This document shows, piece after piece, positions 1 through 13,082 of a stretch of DNA of 64,000 nucleotides. The position numbers and the translations under genes are program-made. Position 1 is the stretch's first letter. The number at the start of each line of letters is the position of its first letter. The notes below the pieces were generated by a model, which saw nothing but the letters and a program-made list of their open reading frames with translations, had not been told where the DNA came from and made no database searches. The DNA lies in the NCBI RefSeq assembly GCF_009914755.1, contig NC_060930.1. One strand, 5' to 3'. Origin of the DNA: the human T2T-CHM13v2.0 reference genome, Homo sapiens.

Positions 1-3000
1 TGTATAGAGGTATGAAGGCCAAACTGAGGAATTATTTCTGACAGAAGGGAATAAATGACCGTGGTGGCCTTCTCAGACCCTGTGTGAAAGGCCTCTACCC
101 ATCCAGCGAAAGTGTCTACTCAGACCAAGAGGTATTTTAGTTTCCTGACTGGAGGCATGTGAGTAAAGTCAATTTGCCAGTCCTGGGCGGGGGCAAATCC
201 CTGAGCTTGATGTGTAGGGAAGGGAGGGGGCCTGAACAATCCCTGAGGAGTAGTAGAATAGCAGATGGAACACTGAGAAGTGATCTCCTTGAGGATAGAT
301 TTCCACGATGGAAAGGAAATGAGAGGTTCTAAGAGGCAGGCTAGCAGCTTGAAACCTATGTGGAAGAGATTATGAAATGATGATAGAATAGAATGGGACT
401 GTGAAGCTGGAAGGAGATATTTTCCTTGGTCCTAGAACCATTTGCCTCGTGTGGGAAGAGATTGATAGGTGGAAGTTTCAGTGGGAGAGTAGGTGGGAGT
501 GACTGATGAGAAGGAGAAAAACTGGCTGTGAGGAACAGAAATTGGAATTCTAGCTGCTTCTTAAGCTACCTTATCAGCATAAGCGTTGCCCTGAGCGATG
601 GGATCTGATGCCTTTTGGTGGCCCTTGCAGTGTATGACTCCAGCTTCCTTTGGAAGTAAAGCGGCCTTGAGAAGAGTTTTTATTAAAGAGGCATTAATGA
701 TGGAAGACCCTTGCATAGTAAGGAAACCTCTTTCAGCCCATCTAACAGCATGGTGGTGCAGGATATGGAAGGCATATTTAGAGTCAGTATAAATATTGAC
801 GTGTAATCCCTTTGCAAGAGGGAGGGCCCATGTGAAGGCCATGAGTTCAGCTTGCTGAGAGGTAGTGGAGAGGGGCAGTGTGGTGGCCTCGATGTTAGAT
901 GTGGAAGATACTATAGCATAGCCTGCCTTTGCTGGTTAGTGGCGATTAGGCCTGGTGGAACTGCTATCAATAAACCAAGTGTGATCAGGGTGAGGAACAG
1001 GAAAGAAGGAAATATGGGGAAATGGAGTGAATGTTAGGTGGATCAGAGAGATGCAGTCATGGGGGTCAGGTGTGGTGTCTGGAATAATGTGGGAGGTTGG
1101 ATTGAAGTCCGGACCAGGAACAATGGTAATTGTGGGAGACTCAACAAAGAGTGAGTATTGCTGAAGGAGCTGGGGAGCAGAAAGTATATGTGTCAGGTGT
1201 GAGGAGGAAAATAGATTTTGGAAGTTATGAGAACTGTAGAGAGTGAGTTGAGCATAGTTTGTGATTTTGAGGGCCTCTAAAAGTATTAAAGCAGTGGCAG
1301 TCACTGCACACAGACATGAGGGCTAGGCTAAAACAGTAAGGTCAAGTTGTTTGGACAGAAAGGCTATAGGGTGTGGTCCTGGCTCTTGTGTAAGAACTCC
1401 GACCGCACAGCCCTGCAGTTTGGCTGTGTGTAATGAAAAGGGAGTGATGAGTTAGGGAGAGTTAGTGTGGGAGCTGCTTTTAGGGCTGTTTTTTAAGGAG
1501 TGGAAAGGGGAGTGGGGAAAGGATTTAGGATTTATGGGGTCAGCTAGGTTTCCTTTTGTGAGTTTATATAATGGTTTTGTCAGGATGGTAAAACTAGGTA
1601 TCCAAAGGCAGAAGTACCTAACCATGCCTAGGAAGGAAAGGAGTTGTTGTTTTGTAGAAGGGGTTGGGGTTTGGGAGATTAGCTGGACACAATCAGCAGG
1701 GAGAGCACGTGTGTTTTCACGAAGAATTATGCCAAGGTAGGTAATGAATGAGGAAGAAATTTGGGCTTGACTGAAGTAATTGACACTGTCTGTGAAGCCT
1801 TGTGGCAGTACAGCCCAGGTTATTTGCTGAGCCTAATGGGTGTCAGGGTCATTCCAAGTGAAAGCAAAGAGAGGCTGTGATGAAGGGTGCAAAGGAATAG
1901 TAAAGAAAGCATGTTTGAAATCCAGAACAGAATAATGGGTTATGGAGGGGTTGTGGAGGGAGCTATTGAGGATAGGAGAGTATATGGTTTTGGCACCACA
2001 GGTTGGATAGGCAAGACAATTTGGTTGATAAGGCACAGATCCTGAACTAACCTGTAAGGCTTGTCTGGTTTTTGGACAGGTAAAATGGGGGAATTGTAAG
2101 GAGAGTTTATAGTCTTTAAAAGGCCATGCTGTAACAGGCGAGTGATAACGGGCTTTAATCCTTTTAAAGCATGGCGGGGTAATGGTGATTAGGTTTTAAT
2201 GAGATGGTAAGGGGTGCATGATTGGTCTCCAAGGAGGGAGTAGAGGTGTCCTATACTTGTGGATTAAGGTGGGGAGATACAAGGGGAGGACGTGAAGGAG
2301 GCTTTGAACTGGGGGAAAAGGCAGCAATGAGGTGTGGCTGTAGCCCAGGAATAGTCAGGGAAGCAGATAATTTAGTTAAAATGTTTCAACCTAATAAGGG
2401 AGCTGGGCAGGTGGGGATAACTAAAAAGGAGTGTATAAAAGGATATTGTCTTAATTGGCACCAGAGTTGGGGAGTTTTAAGAGGTTTAGCAGCCTGGCCG
2501 TCAATACCCACAATGGTTATGGACGCAAGGGAAACAGGCCCTTGAAAAGAAGGTAATGTGGAGTGGGTAGCCTCCGTATTGATTAAGAAGGGGACCGACT
2601 TACCCTCTACTGTAAGAGTTATCCAAAGCGTCTGTGATGGTCCAGGAGGCTTCTGAGGTGATCGGGCAGTGTCAGTCTTCAGCCACTAAGCCGAAAAGAT
2701 CTGAGAAGGAGTCGGTCAGAGAGCCCTGGGCCAGAGTTCCAGGGGCTCTGAGAGGGGCTGCCGGGCGAGTTGGACAGTCCAATTTCCAGTGGGGTCCCAC
2801 ACAGATGGGATGTGGCTTAGGAGGAATCCCGGGCTGCAGGCATTCCTTGGCCCACTGGCCAGATTTCCAGCACTTGAAGCAAGAACCTGGGGGAGGCGGT
2901 CCTGGAGGAATGTCTGGCCACTGCGGTTCAGACATTTTGAAGTTCTTGTGTGCCAGAGATGTGGCTAGGGTTTCTCTCACAGTGGAGGCAAGTAATTGCA

Positions 3001-4667
3001 ACTCAGAAATTACGTTGCTACTTGGCTGCCTCTACTCTATTATTGTACACCTTGAAGGTGAGGTTAATTAGGTCCTGTTGTGGGGTTTGAGGGCTGGAAT
3101 CTAATTCTTGGAGCTTTTTCTAATGTTGGGAGCGGATTGGGTAATAAAATGCATATTGAGAATAAGGCGGCCTTCTGGCCCCTCTGGGTCTAGGGTGGTA
3201 AAGCGTCTAAGTGTTGCTGCTAAGCGGGCCATGAACTGGGCTGGGTTTTCATCTTTACCTCGGGTAGTTTCTTTAAGTTTGTCATAATTAACAGCTTTGT
3301 AAGCTGCCTTTTTAAGCCCTTCAACTAGGCAGGAAACCATGTAATCTCGCCTAGCTATATCTAGGGAATCTGCCTGATAGTTCCACTGAGGATCTTCTCG
3401 GGGGACTGCTCTAATGCCTTCCTGGAGGTCTGGCTCATGAAGCCGGTGGTTATCAGCGTGAGATTGGGCTAGATAAAAAACACTTTCCCATTCATCTGGG
3501 GAGAGGGTAGAAGTTAGGATAACATTAAAGTCAGTCCAGGTTAAATTGTAGGACAGAGTGAGATATCGGAATTCCTGTATATATTTAGTGGGGTCTGAAG
3601 AGAAAGAGCCTAAATGCTGGCTGATTTGTGAAAGGTCTGATAGAGAAAAAGGCACATGTACCCTGACTATGACTTCAGCTCCAGCCACCTCTCTAAGAGG
3701 AAATTGTTGGGCAGGTGGGGGAGAGCTAGTTGCAGAATGAAACTGTAAACCAGACCAAGTGTGGGGAGGGGAGGTAATAGAAGGGTTATAGGGTTGGGGA
3801 GCAGAGGCTGAAGAAGAGTTGGAGCCTGATTCAGCCTGGCGGGGAGTGACCTGAGGAGGAGCAGCCTGGGGAGGAGGTGAGAGGTCAGATGGTCAGTAGA
3901 AAAGGAAGATTCACAAGACTCAGCGACGCTTGGGGTTGGGACTGAAGGGACAGGCGGGAGGGAAAGAAGGAGGATTTGGGACGAGTCACATTGGGAACAG
4001 AGACTAGGGAGGGAACGAAGTGTGAAAAATGCCAGGACGTAAGCCACCTCAGACCATTTGCCCATTTTTCGACAGAAATTATCTAGGTATCGTAGGATGG
4101 AGAAATCAAAAGTGCCGTTTTCTGGCCATTTAGAACCATTGTCGAGTTTGTATTGGGGTCAAGCAGTATTGCAGAAGAAAATAAGATGCTCAGATTTTAG
4201 TTCAGGTGAGAGTTGAATATGTTTTAAGTTGTTGAGAACACAGGCTAAGGGAGAAGTAGGAATGGAGGGTGGAAGGCTGCCCACAGTGAAGGAGGCAAGT
4301 TTAAAAGAAGGGTAGAGACATGGAGAAGAGGGGTGGGGAGCAGCCCTGGGCTGCAATATGGGTGAGCAGCCAAAACAGGCATCTCCACAATTGACTTGCC
4401 ACCAAGGGAATGTGGGTGAATGACCAAGGCAGGTGTCCCTGCGGTGATCAGACACCAATGGAATGTGGGTGAATAATCAGGCAGGCATCCCCGCAGTGAT
4501 TAAATGCCAAGGGAAGACTGTCTTCCTGAGTCCGTGACCGGCGCCAGAGTTTTGGGTCCACAGATAAAATGTGTCTCCTTTGTCTCTACTAGAGGAAAAA
4601 ACTGGAATTGGAAGGACAGGGAGATTGAAGGGTAGCGAGAGAGGCTGGAGAAGAGAGTGAAAAGACC

Positions 4668-4676
4668 ACTTACCTG
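4668..4676 (-). promoter_or_regulatory. HERV-H major splice donor
   Basis: CACCAATTTCAAATCAG|GTAAGT in the leader; perfect U1 consensus. Confidence 0.8.
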
Positions 4677-4795
4677 ATTTGAAATTGGTGAGATGTTCCT
4701 TGGGCTGGTTGGTCTGAGGACCCGAAGTCATAGGTGGATCTCTTTACAGAGTGAGGGTGAGGACTGGGGACTGGTCTCCCGAAGGAGTCCCTCTG

Positions 4796-4814
4796 TCATG
4801 GGTCTTTGGCACCA
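4796..4814 (-). promoter_or_regulatory. Retroviral primer-binding site, degenerate and tRNA-Phe-like
   Basis: TGGTGCCAAAGACCCATGA begins 2 nt after the LTR end. Confidence 0.75.
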
Positions 4815-4816
4815 AA

Positions 4817-5249
4817 TGTCATGCGTGTCCATGTGAAGAGACCACCAAACAGGCTTTGTGTGAGAAACAAGGCTGTTTATTTCACCTGGGTGCAGGCGGG
4901 CTGAGTCCAAAAAGAGAGTCAGCAAAGGGTGGTGGGATTATCGTTAGTTCTTACAGGTTTTGGGATAGGCGGTGGAGTTAGGAGCAATGTTTTGCAGGCA
5001 GTGGGTGGATCTCACAAAGTACATTCTCAAGGGTGGAGAGAATTACAAAGAACCTTCTTAAGGGTGGGGGAGGTTACAAAGTACATTGATCAGTTAGGGT
5101 GGGGCAGAAACAAATCACAATGGTGGAATGTCATCAGTTAAGGCTATTTTCACGTCTTTTGTGGATCTTCAGTTGCTTCAGGCCCTCTGGATGTATACGT
5201 GCAGGTCATAGAGGATATGATGGCTTAGCTTGGGCTCAGAGGCCTGACA
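4817..5249 (-). mobile_element. 5' LTR of HERV-H (LTR7 family, type II/LTR7B-like)
   Basis: Minus strand starts TGTCAGGCCTCTGAGCCCAAGCTAAGCC and ends ...GCATGACA. U3 has CTTTGT(A/G)A...CCACCCTT repeats. AATAAA at 4876-4881. Followed directly by TTTGGTGCC. Confidence 0.93.
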
Positions 5250-5469
5250 CCTCCCTTTCACTGTTTCGCCCTGAACATCTGCTTCTTAGATCTAAGTGAC
5301 TGTACTCAATAAATAGTGTGGAGACCAGAACTCTGGGCCTTTGCAGCCTCTGATTTGCTCTGGCACCCTGGCTCCCACTTTTATGAACTCTTAACCTGTC
5401 TCTTCTCATTCCTTTGTTGCCACCGGACTTCGGGTACCCTACGAGTGGTGTTGAGGCTGGTCCCCAACA
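5250..5469 (+). mobile_element. 3' half of an LTR14-family (HERV-K14/K14C) LTR, interrupted by the HERV-H
   Basis: CCTCCCTTTCACTGTTTCGCCCTGAACATCTG...AATAAA...GGGTACCCTACGAGTGGTGTTGAGGCTGGTCCCCAACA matches my recall of the LTR14 3' end. Confidence 0.8.
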
Positions 5470-5555
5470 CCCTATGGAGAGGATATTTCCTGTCATAGCT
5501 TAAGTGTGAATCAGCCTTATGTTCCCTTGCCTCCAGACCCTATTTTCCTGCCTCA
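5470..5555 (-). mobile_element. 5' fragment of an ERV1 LTR (MER61/MER51-like)
   Basis: Minus strand reads TGAGGCAGGAAAATAGGGTCTGGAGGCAAGGGAACATAAGGC and is cut off at the LTR14 end. Confidence 0.7.
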
Positions 5556-5634
5556 AAATGAAATCATTTGTCCAATGCATAATATAGTCAAAGATCTTGA
5601 CACAATGGGTGTCTTAACTATCATTTCTCACCCA

Positions 5635-5771
5635 TTTTTTTTTTTTTTTGAGATGGAATTTTGCTCTTGTTGCCCAGGCTGGAGTGCAGTGGCACGATCT
5701 TGGCTCACTGCAACCTCCGCCTCCCAGGTTCAAGCCTCGTCCTCCCAAAGGTGTGAGCCACTGCACTCGGC
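5635..5771 (-). mobile_element. Alu with large internal deletion
   Basis: Poly-T and right arm up to CAGGTTCAAG, then a jump to left-arm CCTCCCAAAG/GTGTGAGCCAC. Confidence 0.85.
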
Positions 5772-6198
5772 TTCTCACCTTTAATCAATAAATATTATTT
5801 GTCTTTAAAGACAATGAAAAATTACTCACTAAATATAGTAAAAATAAACATCACTAATTAAACACCACACCTCTGTAACCTCTTTACATTCATTAACACT
5901 CTGGCGTAAAAACAATGATGGTTTTGGTTATGGCTTCACGTTCCTTTAAAATATCAACTAAAATAGATTTCTAATTTGGGAAACATAATAACTAATGTCA
6001 TTTCGTTTTAAAAGGAATTGTATCTTAATCATCAAGCTAAAGACATAGCAAGAAAACAATGACATGGTCACTTTTAGTTTGTCTCAGTCTCCTGTTCACC
6101 ATCTAATCAGACACCCTTGAAGTAATTCCAGCAAAGTGTCTAAGAAATTCATGGATCATCCTCCAAAGCACATCAGGAAAAGTGCCAATATAGTGGAT

Positions 6199-6408
6199 GG
6201 GTTCAAGCGATTCTCCTGCCTCAGCCTCCCGAGTAGGTGGAGTAGGGACTACAGGCGCACTCCACCACGCCCAGCTAATTTTTGTATTTTTAGTAGAGAT
6301 GGGGTTTCACCGTGTTGGCCAGGATAATCTCGATCTCTTGACCTCGTGATCTGCCGCCTCAGCCTCCCAAATAGCTGGGATTACAGGCATGAGCCACCGT
6401 GCCCGGCC
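6199..6408 (-). mobile_element. Alu fragment lacking its 3' end
   Basis: GGGTTCAAGCGATTCTCCTGCC...GTGCCCGGCC. Confidence 0.9.
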
Positions 6409-6703
6409 TTATTTAAACTTTTGAGATAATAAAACAATACAAGAGTGGGAACCCTTGTGAAATTTTTTTCTTATTTTGGTTAACAAGATCATTAATACTT
6501 TATAAACTTTATACATGTGGCACACTGAAGGTTTAAAGAATAAAATAAGCAAGATAGCTCCCTAAAACACTTGAAATAAGAAATAGTGCATTATAATAAC
6601 TTTTATTGACACAAAGTTCCTTACGTTTCAAGCAAGTTGAAATTCAACCCTCATTATTCACAAGGACTCCAAGTAAGCCAGTTTATAAACAAGCACGGGC
6701 ACC

Positions 6704-7745
6704 CTACAGATGGCTCTTTCTTACTAAGGAGTTCTTGGGATAAACGTGTTTACACTTTGAACACTCACGTAGATATCATAAAGATTGTGATTGGATATCA
6801 CTATTCTGTGAAACTGCTTGCCTTCCTTCATGATTTCTTCAGCCTTTTGTTTGTTTGTTTGTTTGAGACGGAGTCTTGCTCTGTCGCCCAGGCTAGAGTG
6901 CCATGGTGCCATCTCGGCTCACTGAAAGCTCCACCTCCCAGGTTTGAGCAATTCTCCTGTCTCAGCCTCCCGAGTAGCTGGGACTACAGGCTCCTGCCAC
7001 CACGCCCGGCTAATTTTTGTATTTTTAGTAGAGACAGGGTTTCACCACGTTGGCCAGGCTGGTCTCGAACTTCTGACCTCAGGTGATTAACCTGCTTCGG
7101 CCTCCCAAAGTGCAGGGATTACAGGCGTGAGCCAGCACGCCCGACCCAGTCTTTCTTTGCAGTAGAAAAAAGATTTTCTAAAAAGTCTGAATCTTCCAAG
7201 TGTAGCTCATCAACTGCAAAAAGCTGGAGCTTCCCATCAGCGGTTAACAAGGTGATGGGCAGCCATCTTTTCTATCTTTCTAATGTACCATCCAAACACA
7301 ATTTGTGCAAGTCAGGGAGAGAGGCCAAGTTTTCAAGCCTTCTTATTTCGTAGAACTGTGGGGGTGCCAACCACATTTCTTTTGATAAGAAACTCTCAGC
7401 TGCAACTGACAGAGATGAGCACTGGCAGCCCACCACCTTGGCCAAGTCAGGGTAAACCGACAGCGGCTCCAGGAGGCAACGCAGTAAGGAGGCCGTGTGG
7501 GAGTGATGAGTGGCAGCGTGCATGAAAGGTGTGAGCCAGGCACTCCCCTCCTGCAGCGCCCAGATGTCGGGCGTGCAGTCAAGGTGCAGGCACAGCCGCA
7601 GGAAGGGGCGCGGGTCCCGGTGCAGGCAGGCTGGGGGTGCCAGGCTGCGACACCCCTAGGCAGCTTGAGGGCGAGGTCAGGCCCTGGTGTAGGCCAGTTG
7701 GGGAGGCCCTGGGCCAAAGCAGCAGCATGACCACCTCCTCCAAGC
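6704..7745 (-). pseudogene. NUDT19P3: Processed pseudogene of NUDT19 (acyl-CoA diphosphatase), 5'-truncated, frameshifted and Alu-interrupted
   Basis: Translated pieces match the NUDT19 C-terminal half with no introns: LEEVVMLLLWP, HLDCTPDIWALQ, SAWLTPFM, VYPDLAKVVGCQ...[50 protein letters not shown] (TAG at 6704-6706). The parent call is firm; the 'P3' number is from memory. The 3' UTR copy may extend further left. Confidence 0.9.
6845..7146 (-). mobile_element. AluS inserted in the NUDT19 pseudogene CDS
   Basis: Full dimer with (TTTG)n tail; TSD-like CAGCCTTTT / CAGTCTTTC. Confidence 0.95.
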
Positions 7746-7854
7746 GGCATTTGCTTTTAAGATGTCAATCTGTCAGTACTTTAAGATTTCAAAGTGAAAA
7801 TATTCATAGCTTTCTGGTCAAAATAAAAATTCCAAATGTTCCCTGGGCCAAAAA

Positions 7855-8712
7855 AATGTACAAATGCAAATTAAAAGCACAATGAGATATCATCTCACAT
7901 TTGTTAGAATGGCTATTATAAAAAAGACAAAAGATAAGTGTTCATTGAAAACGTGGAAAAAAGGGAACCCTTGCACACTGTTGGTAGGAATGTAAATTAG
8001 TGCAGTCATTACAGAAAACAATATGGATGTTCCTTAAGAAAATTAAAATAGAACTACCATATGGTCCTCAATTCCACTACTAGATATGTATCCAAAGGAG
8101 ACGAAACTCATGTGTTGAAGAGATATCCGCACCCCCATGTTTGTTGCAGCATTACTCACAGTAGCAAGCTATGAAATTGACCTGAGTGGCCATCAACAGA
8201 TGAATGGATAAAGAAAATGTACGTATACACAATGGAATACTATTCGGCCATGAAAAAAACAAAGAAATTCTGTTATATGTTACAACGTGGATTAACCTGG
8301 AGGATGTTATGTTAGGTAAAATAAGGCACGGAAAGACAATACTGTATAATCTCACTCGTGTGTGGAATCTAAGCAAGTTGAACTCATAGAAGAAAAGAGT
8401 AGAATGGTATTTATCTGAGGCTGGAGCTATTGGACGTGGCAAGGAGGTGATGTTGGACAAAACCGAAATTTCAGTTACAGGGGAGGAATACGTTCAAGGG
8501 ATCTATCGTACAACATCATGACTATAGTTAATGATACATTACATTTTTGAAAAATGCTAAGACAGTGGATATTATATGTTCTCACCACAAAAATGATAAC
8601 TGTAAGGTAACGTGTATGTCAATTAAATAGATTTAGTTATTCCACAGTGTATATATACTTTAAAACTCATGCTGTACGTGATAAATACGTACCATTTTGT
8701 CAATTAAAAAAA
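7855..8712 (+). mobile_element. Old L1M (L1MA-like) 3' end
   Basis: ORF2 end ATGCAAATTAAAAGCACAATGAGATATCATCTCAC, followed by L1M 3' UTR and an A-rich end. Confidence 0.88.
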
Positions 8713-8949
8713 TGTATAAAAGGCATATATTTCTCTGACTAAATCTTAAGTTTCTTACTCAGCTCTGAGCTCCTTGAGGGTAGGAATGTGTCCTAGTTAT
8801 GCTGACATCCCTGATACCTCGCAGGTACTGACTGCAGAAGAAAGGAAGAGGAAGGAAAGGAAACTTCTGTCATTTATGAAGAATTAATGTAATAGAAAGG
8901 AAACACTTCAAACAACAGTGAGAGATGATGGCAGAGAGTGATCCTTTAA

Positions 8950-9295
<346 letters not shown>

Positions 9296-10321
9296 CCTGT
9301 CTTCTTAGGGATATTTTTTTTCTGGCCTCCAACGCATGTTAGGGCCTCCCATCTGAATTTCATAACTTTGTGGAATCATTTTACTGTAGTAAAGAGAGCA
9401 ACATGGAATGCCAAGGAGTCTCGCCTGGGGGTGTCCCTTATTCCTATGCCTCTTGTGACTTGGGGGAAAGTCAGGCATCTTTTTGTGGTTTAATGTCCCA
9501 GAGAATTATCCTCATGAGGCACAGGGACACTGGATAAATATATGTAAAGAAATTAAAGCTTTTTAGATTAAAAAAAAAAAAAGCCAAGCCAGGACGAAGT
9601 CTTATTATGGATGATACACTTGATGCACATTACTGAAAATGGGGTCATTTGTGGGCAGTGCAAATGATTTTTGTCCTAATAACAATTTCATGATGCTAAT
9701 TTAAAAAATATTCTTAGAGCCTCAATTAAAAATAAATGCATTTATTTGACTTTTATGTTTTAAAAAAAGCCTAATTTTAAGAATATAGTTGATGATTAAT
9801 TACACTGCCCTTTTTCATAGACCTGATAATAAAACACTGTACTTTCCCCCATACTTATGAAAATAATTACAGCACTCGATTTTAGAATAATTTTTCCTAG
9901 ACCTTCTTTCAAAAGCAAATGTACTTTCATTGCTAGTTATACCTTACACTTACAGTGTAATCATAAGTATACAACATTAATTAGTTAAGATTTCCTCTTA
10001 GGAGTGACACTTCTTTGTGTGGCTTTAGAAAATAATGAATTAATCATTTTTAAGGGCTGACTATATAACAAGGGGTTATTGTTGTGGATTTCAATAAAGA
10101 GGTGTGGTTTCCATATTCTAAATGTCTGTATATTCCTCATACCCATTATCTTCCTGGGTTTCCTCTCTTGGTGAAGGGCATTACCAGCCTTCATGGAAAC
10201 CTGGAGCCACCAGAGATTCTTTCCTTTTACTCGTCCCAAACATCAGTTATCAGGTCCTGCAGATTCTTTCTTCTTGTCATCTCTTCTCTCCATCCCCTCT
10301 TCTCATTCCCAGTACTATTGA

Positions 10322-10634
<313 letters not shown>

Positions 10635-10929
10635 CTGGACAGGTAGGCTTTTTATGGCACGTCCCCTTCAGCAAACTGATGTGTTCAAACGCTCCAATAA
10701 ATTATATTTGATGAAATTATGAGATTAAGTACATGTGCTATTTGTCTAATATTTTATACATTTCAAATATAAATTTTAGAAGATGAGATAATGAAACAAT
10801 AGTGTTTTAGAAACTGTATTTATTAACAGCACAAAAACAGTTTCCCATGAATTACAGAAATTTGTCAATGCTCTTGATAATTATTAAACATCTTAATTTT
10901 TTAAAAAGAGAAAACAAATTTTAATTTTT

Positions 10930-11587
10930 AAATTTATTTTTTAGCCTTATTAAGATATAATTGATATACAAAAAACTAAGCATATTAAGTATGTACAGTT
11001 TGAAATGTGGACATGTGCATCCACCTGTGAAACCATCACCATAATCAAGGTAACAGACATATCCATCACCTCCAAAAGTTTCTTTGCATCTTTTGTGTGT
11101 GTGTGTGTGTGTGGTGATAAGCACATTTAATATGAGATCTATCCTCTTAATGGATTTTTAAGTGCATAACACAGTATTGTTGACTGTATTGACTTATAGG
11201 TATTATGCCGTATGGTAGATCTCTACAACTAATTCAGCTTGTATAACTGTGACTTTATACCTATTGAACAACAGCTCTTTCTTTCCCCTCTCCCCAGGTT
11301 CTGGTAAACAACCATTCTTTTCTCTGCTTCTATGAGTTTGACTATTTTAGATGGCCTCATATCAGTGGAATCAATAGGTGAATTAACAAAGTGTGGTATT
11401 TATACACACACACATATGCAAAATGCAAAGTGGAATTTTATTCAGTCTTTAAAAAGAAAGAAATCCTGTTATTTTTGACAACATGGATTAACCTGGAGGA
11501 CATTATGCTAAGTGAATAAGCTAGTAAGAAAAGGACAAATATTGTGTAATTCTTTTTATATGTGCTACCTAAAATAGTTAAGCATCT
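10930..11587. mobile_element. L1M 3' end with an inverted 5' portion
   Basis: About 10930-11373 is L1 3' UTR on the minus strand; about 11378-11587 is the immediately upstream L1 segment on the plus strand. Confidence 0.75.
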
Positions 11588-11608
11588 TACTTTTTAAAAT
11601 CTATTTCA

Positions 11609-12075
<467 letters not shown>

Positions 12076-12844
12076 TCATGACCTCTCCCAGTGAATCATT
12101 CTCCTCCCCCATCATCAAGGATAATCACTGGCCTGACCTCTGACGCCACAGCTATGTTTTAATTGTTTTGAACTTTATACACAAATTTCATCAATAGCAA
12201 ATCCTCCTTTGTGTCTGGCCTCTTTCGCTCAATGTGAAGTTTCTGAGATTCATTCATTTTGCTGTAAGTAGCAGTATATATTTTCATCCTCGCTGTTTAA
12301 ACATCTTCCTAATTCTGGTGACTTTGTACTACCAATAACTAATAGCTGACATCTCAAAGCACAATACACAATTTGGGTAAGGTTTATCTTTAAGGATGTA
12401 AAACAATATTTTAAATAGACTTATGGATAATTTAGACTGTTTTGGCCAATTTCTTGTTAGATCTATGTGGCCATTGCTTTTAACAATGTGGTTGAGAAAG
12501 AGGCTCAGCTAGCAGAAGAGGCTTCAGCTCTGCCATTTCCTTGTGCTTGAATTATTCATATTATCTACAATCTAATGTCTCTTTGCAGGAATCTTTTAAA
12601 GATCATGTGCTCATTTTTTTGAGGGCTAGTTTAGCTTAAATTAGATAATATAAGCCATAAATCCACTTCACTGGGAACATCTTAGCTGAAATAGACACTC
12701 TAAAATATGTGAGATGAAGAGTGTCACTATCAATGGTTCTACATCATAGAACTCTCCTCACTCTACCATCAGGATAAATAGCACATGGACCAAGGAAAGG
12801 TCTCAGTATTAATTCATGTACTACTAGTAAAGCTTAATGTTTTA

Positions 12845-13082
<238 letters not shown>

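Larger units (their letters stand above)
1..4816 (-). mobile_element. HERV-H internal region (leader, gag, pro, pol), degenerate; continues beyond the left edge
   Basis: ORF fragments: capsid with MHR (3101-3688, TRGKDENPAQFMARL); NC zinc knuckle CFKCWKSGQWAKEC (2672-3001); RT piece [17 protein letters not shown] (1833-2036); RNase H NIYTDSKYAF...HCKGHQ...GNAYAD (561-842); integrase WQIDFTHMP near 150-180. Multiple stops and frameshifts. Confidence 0.96.
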
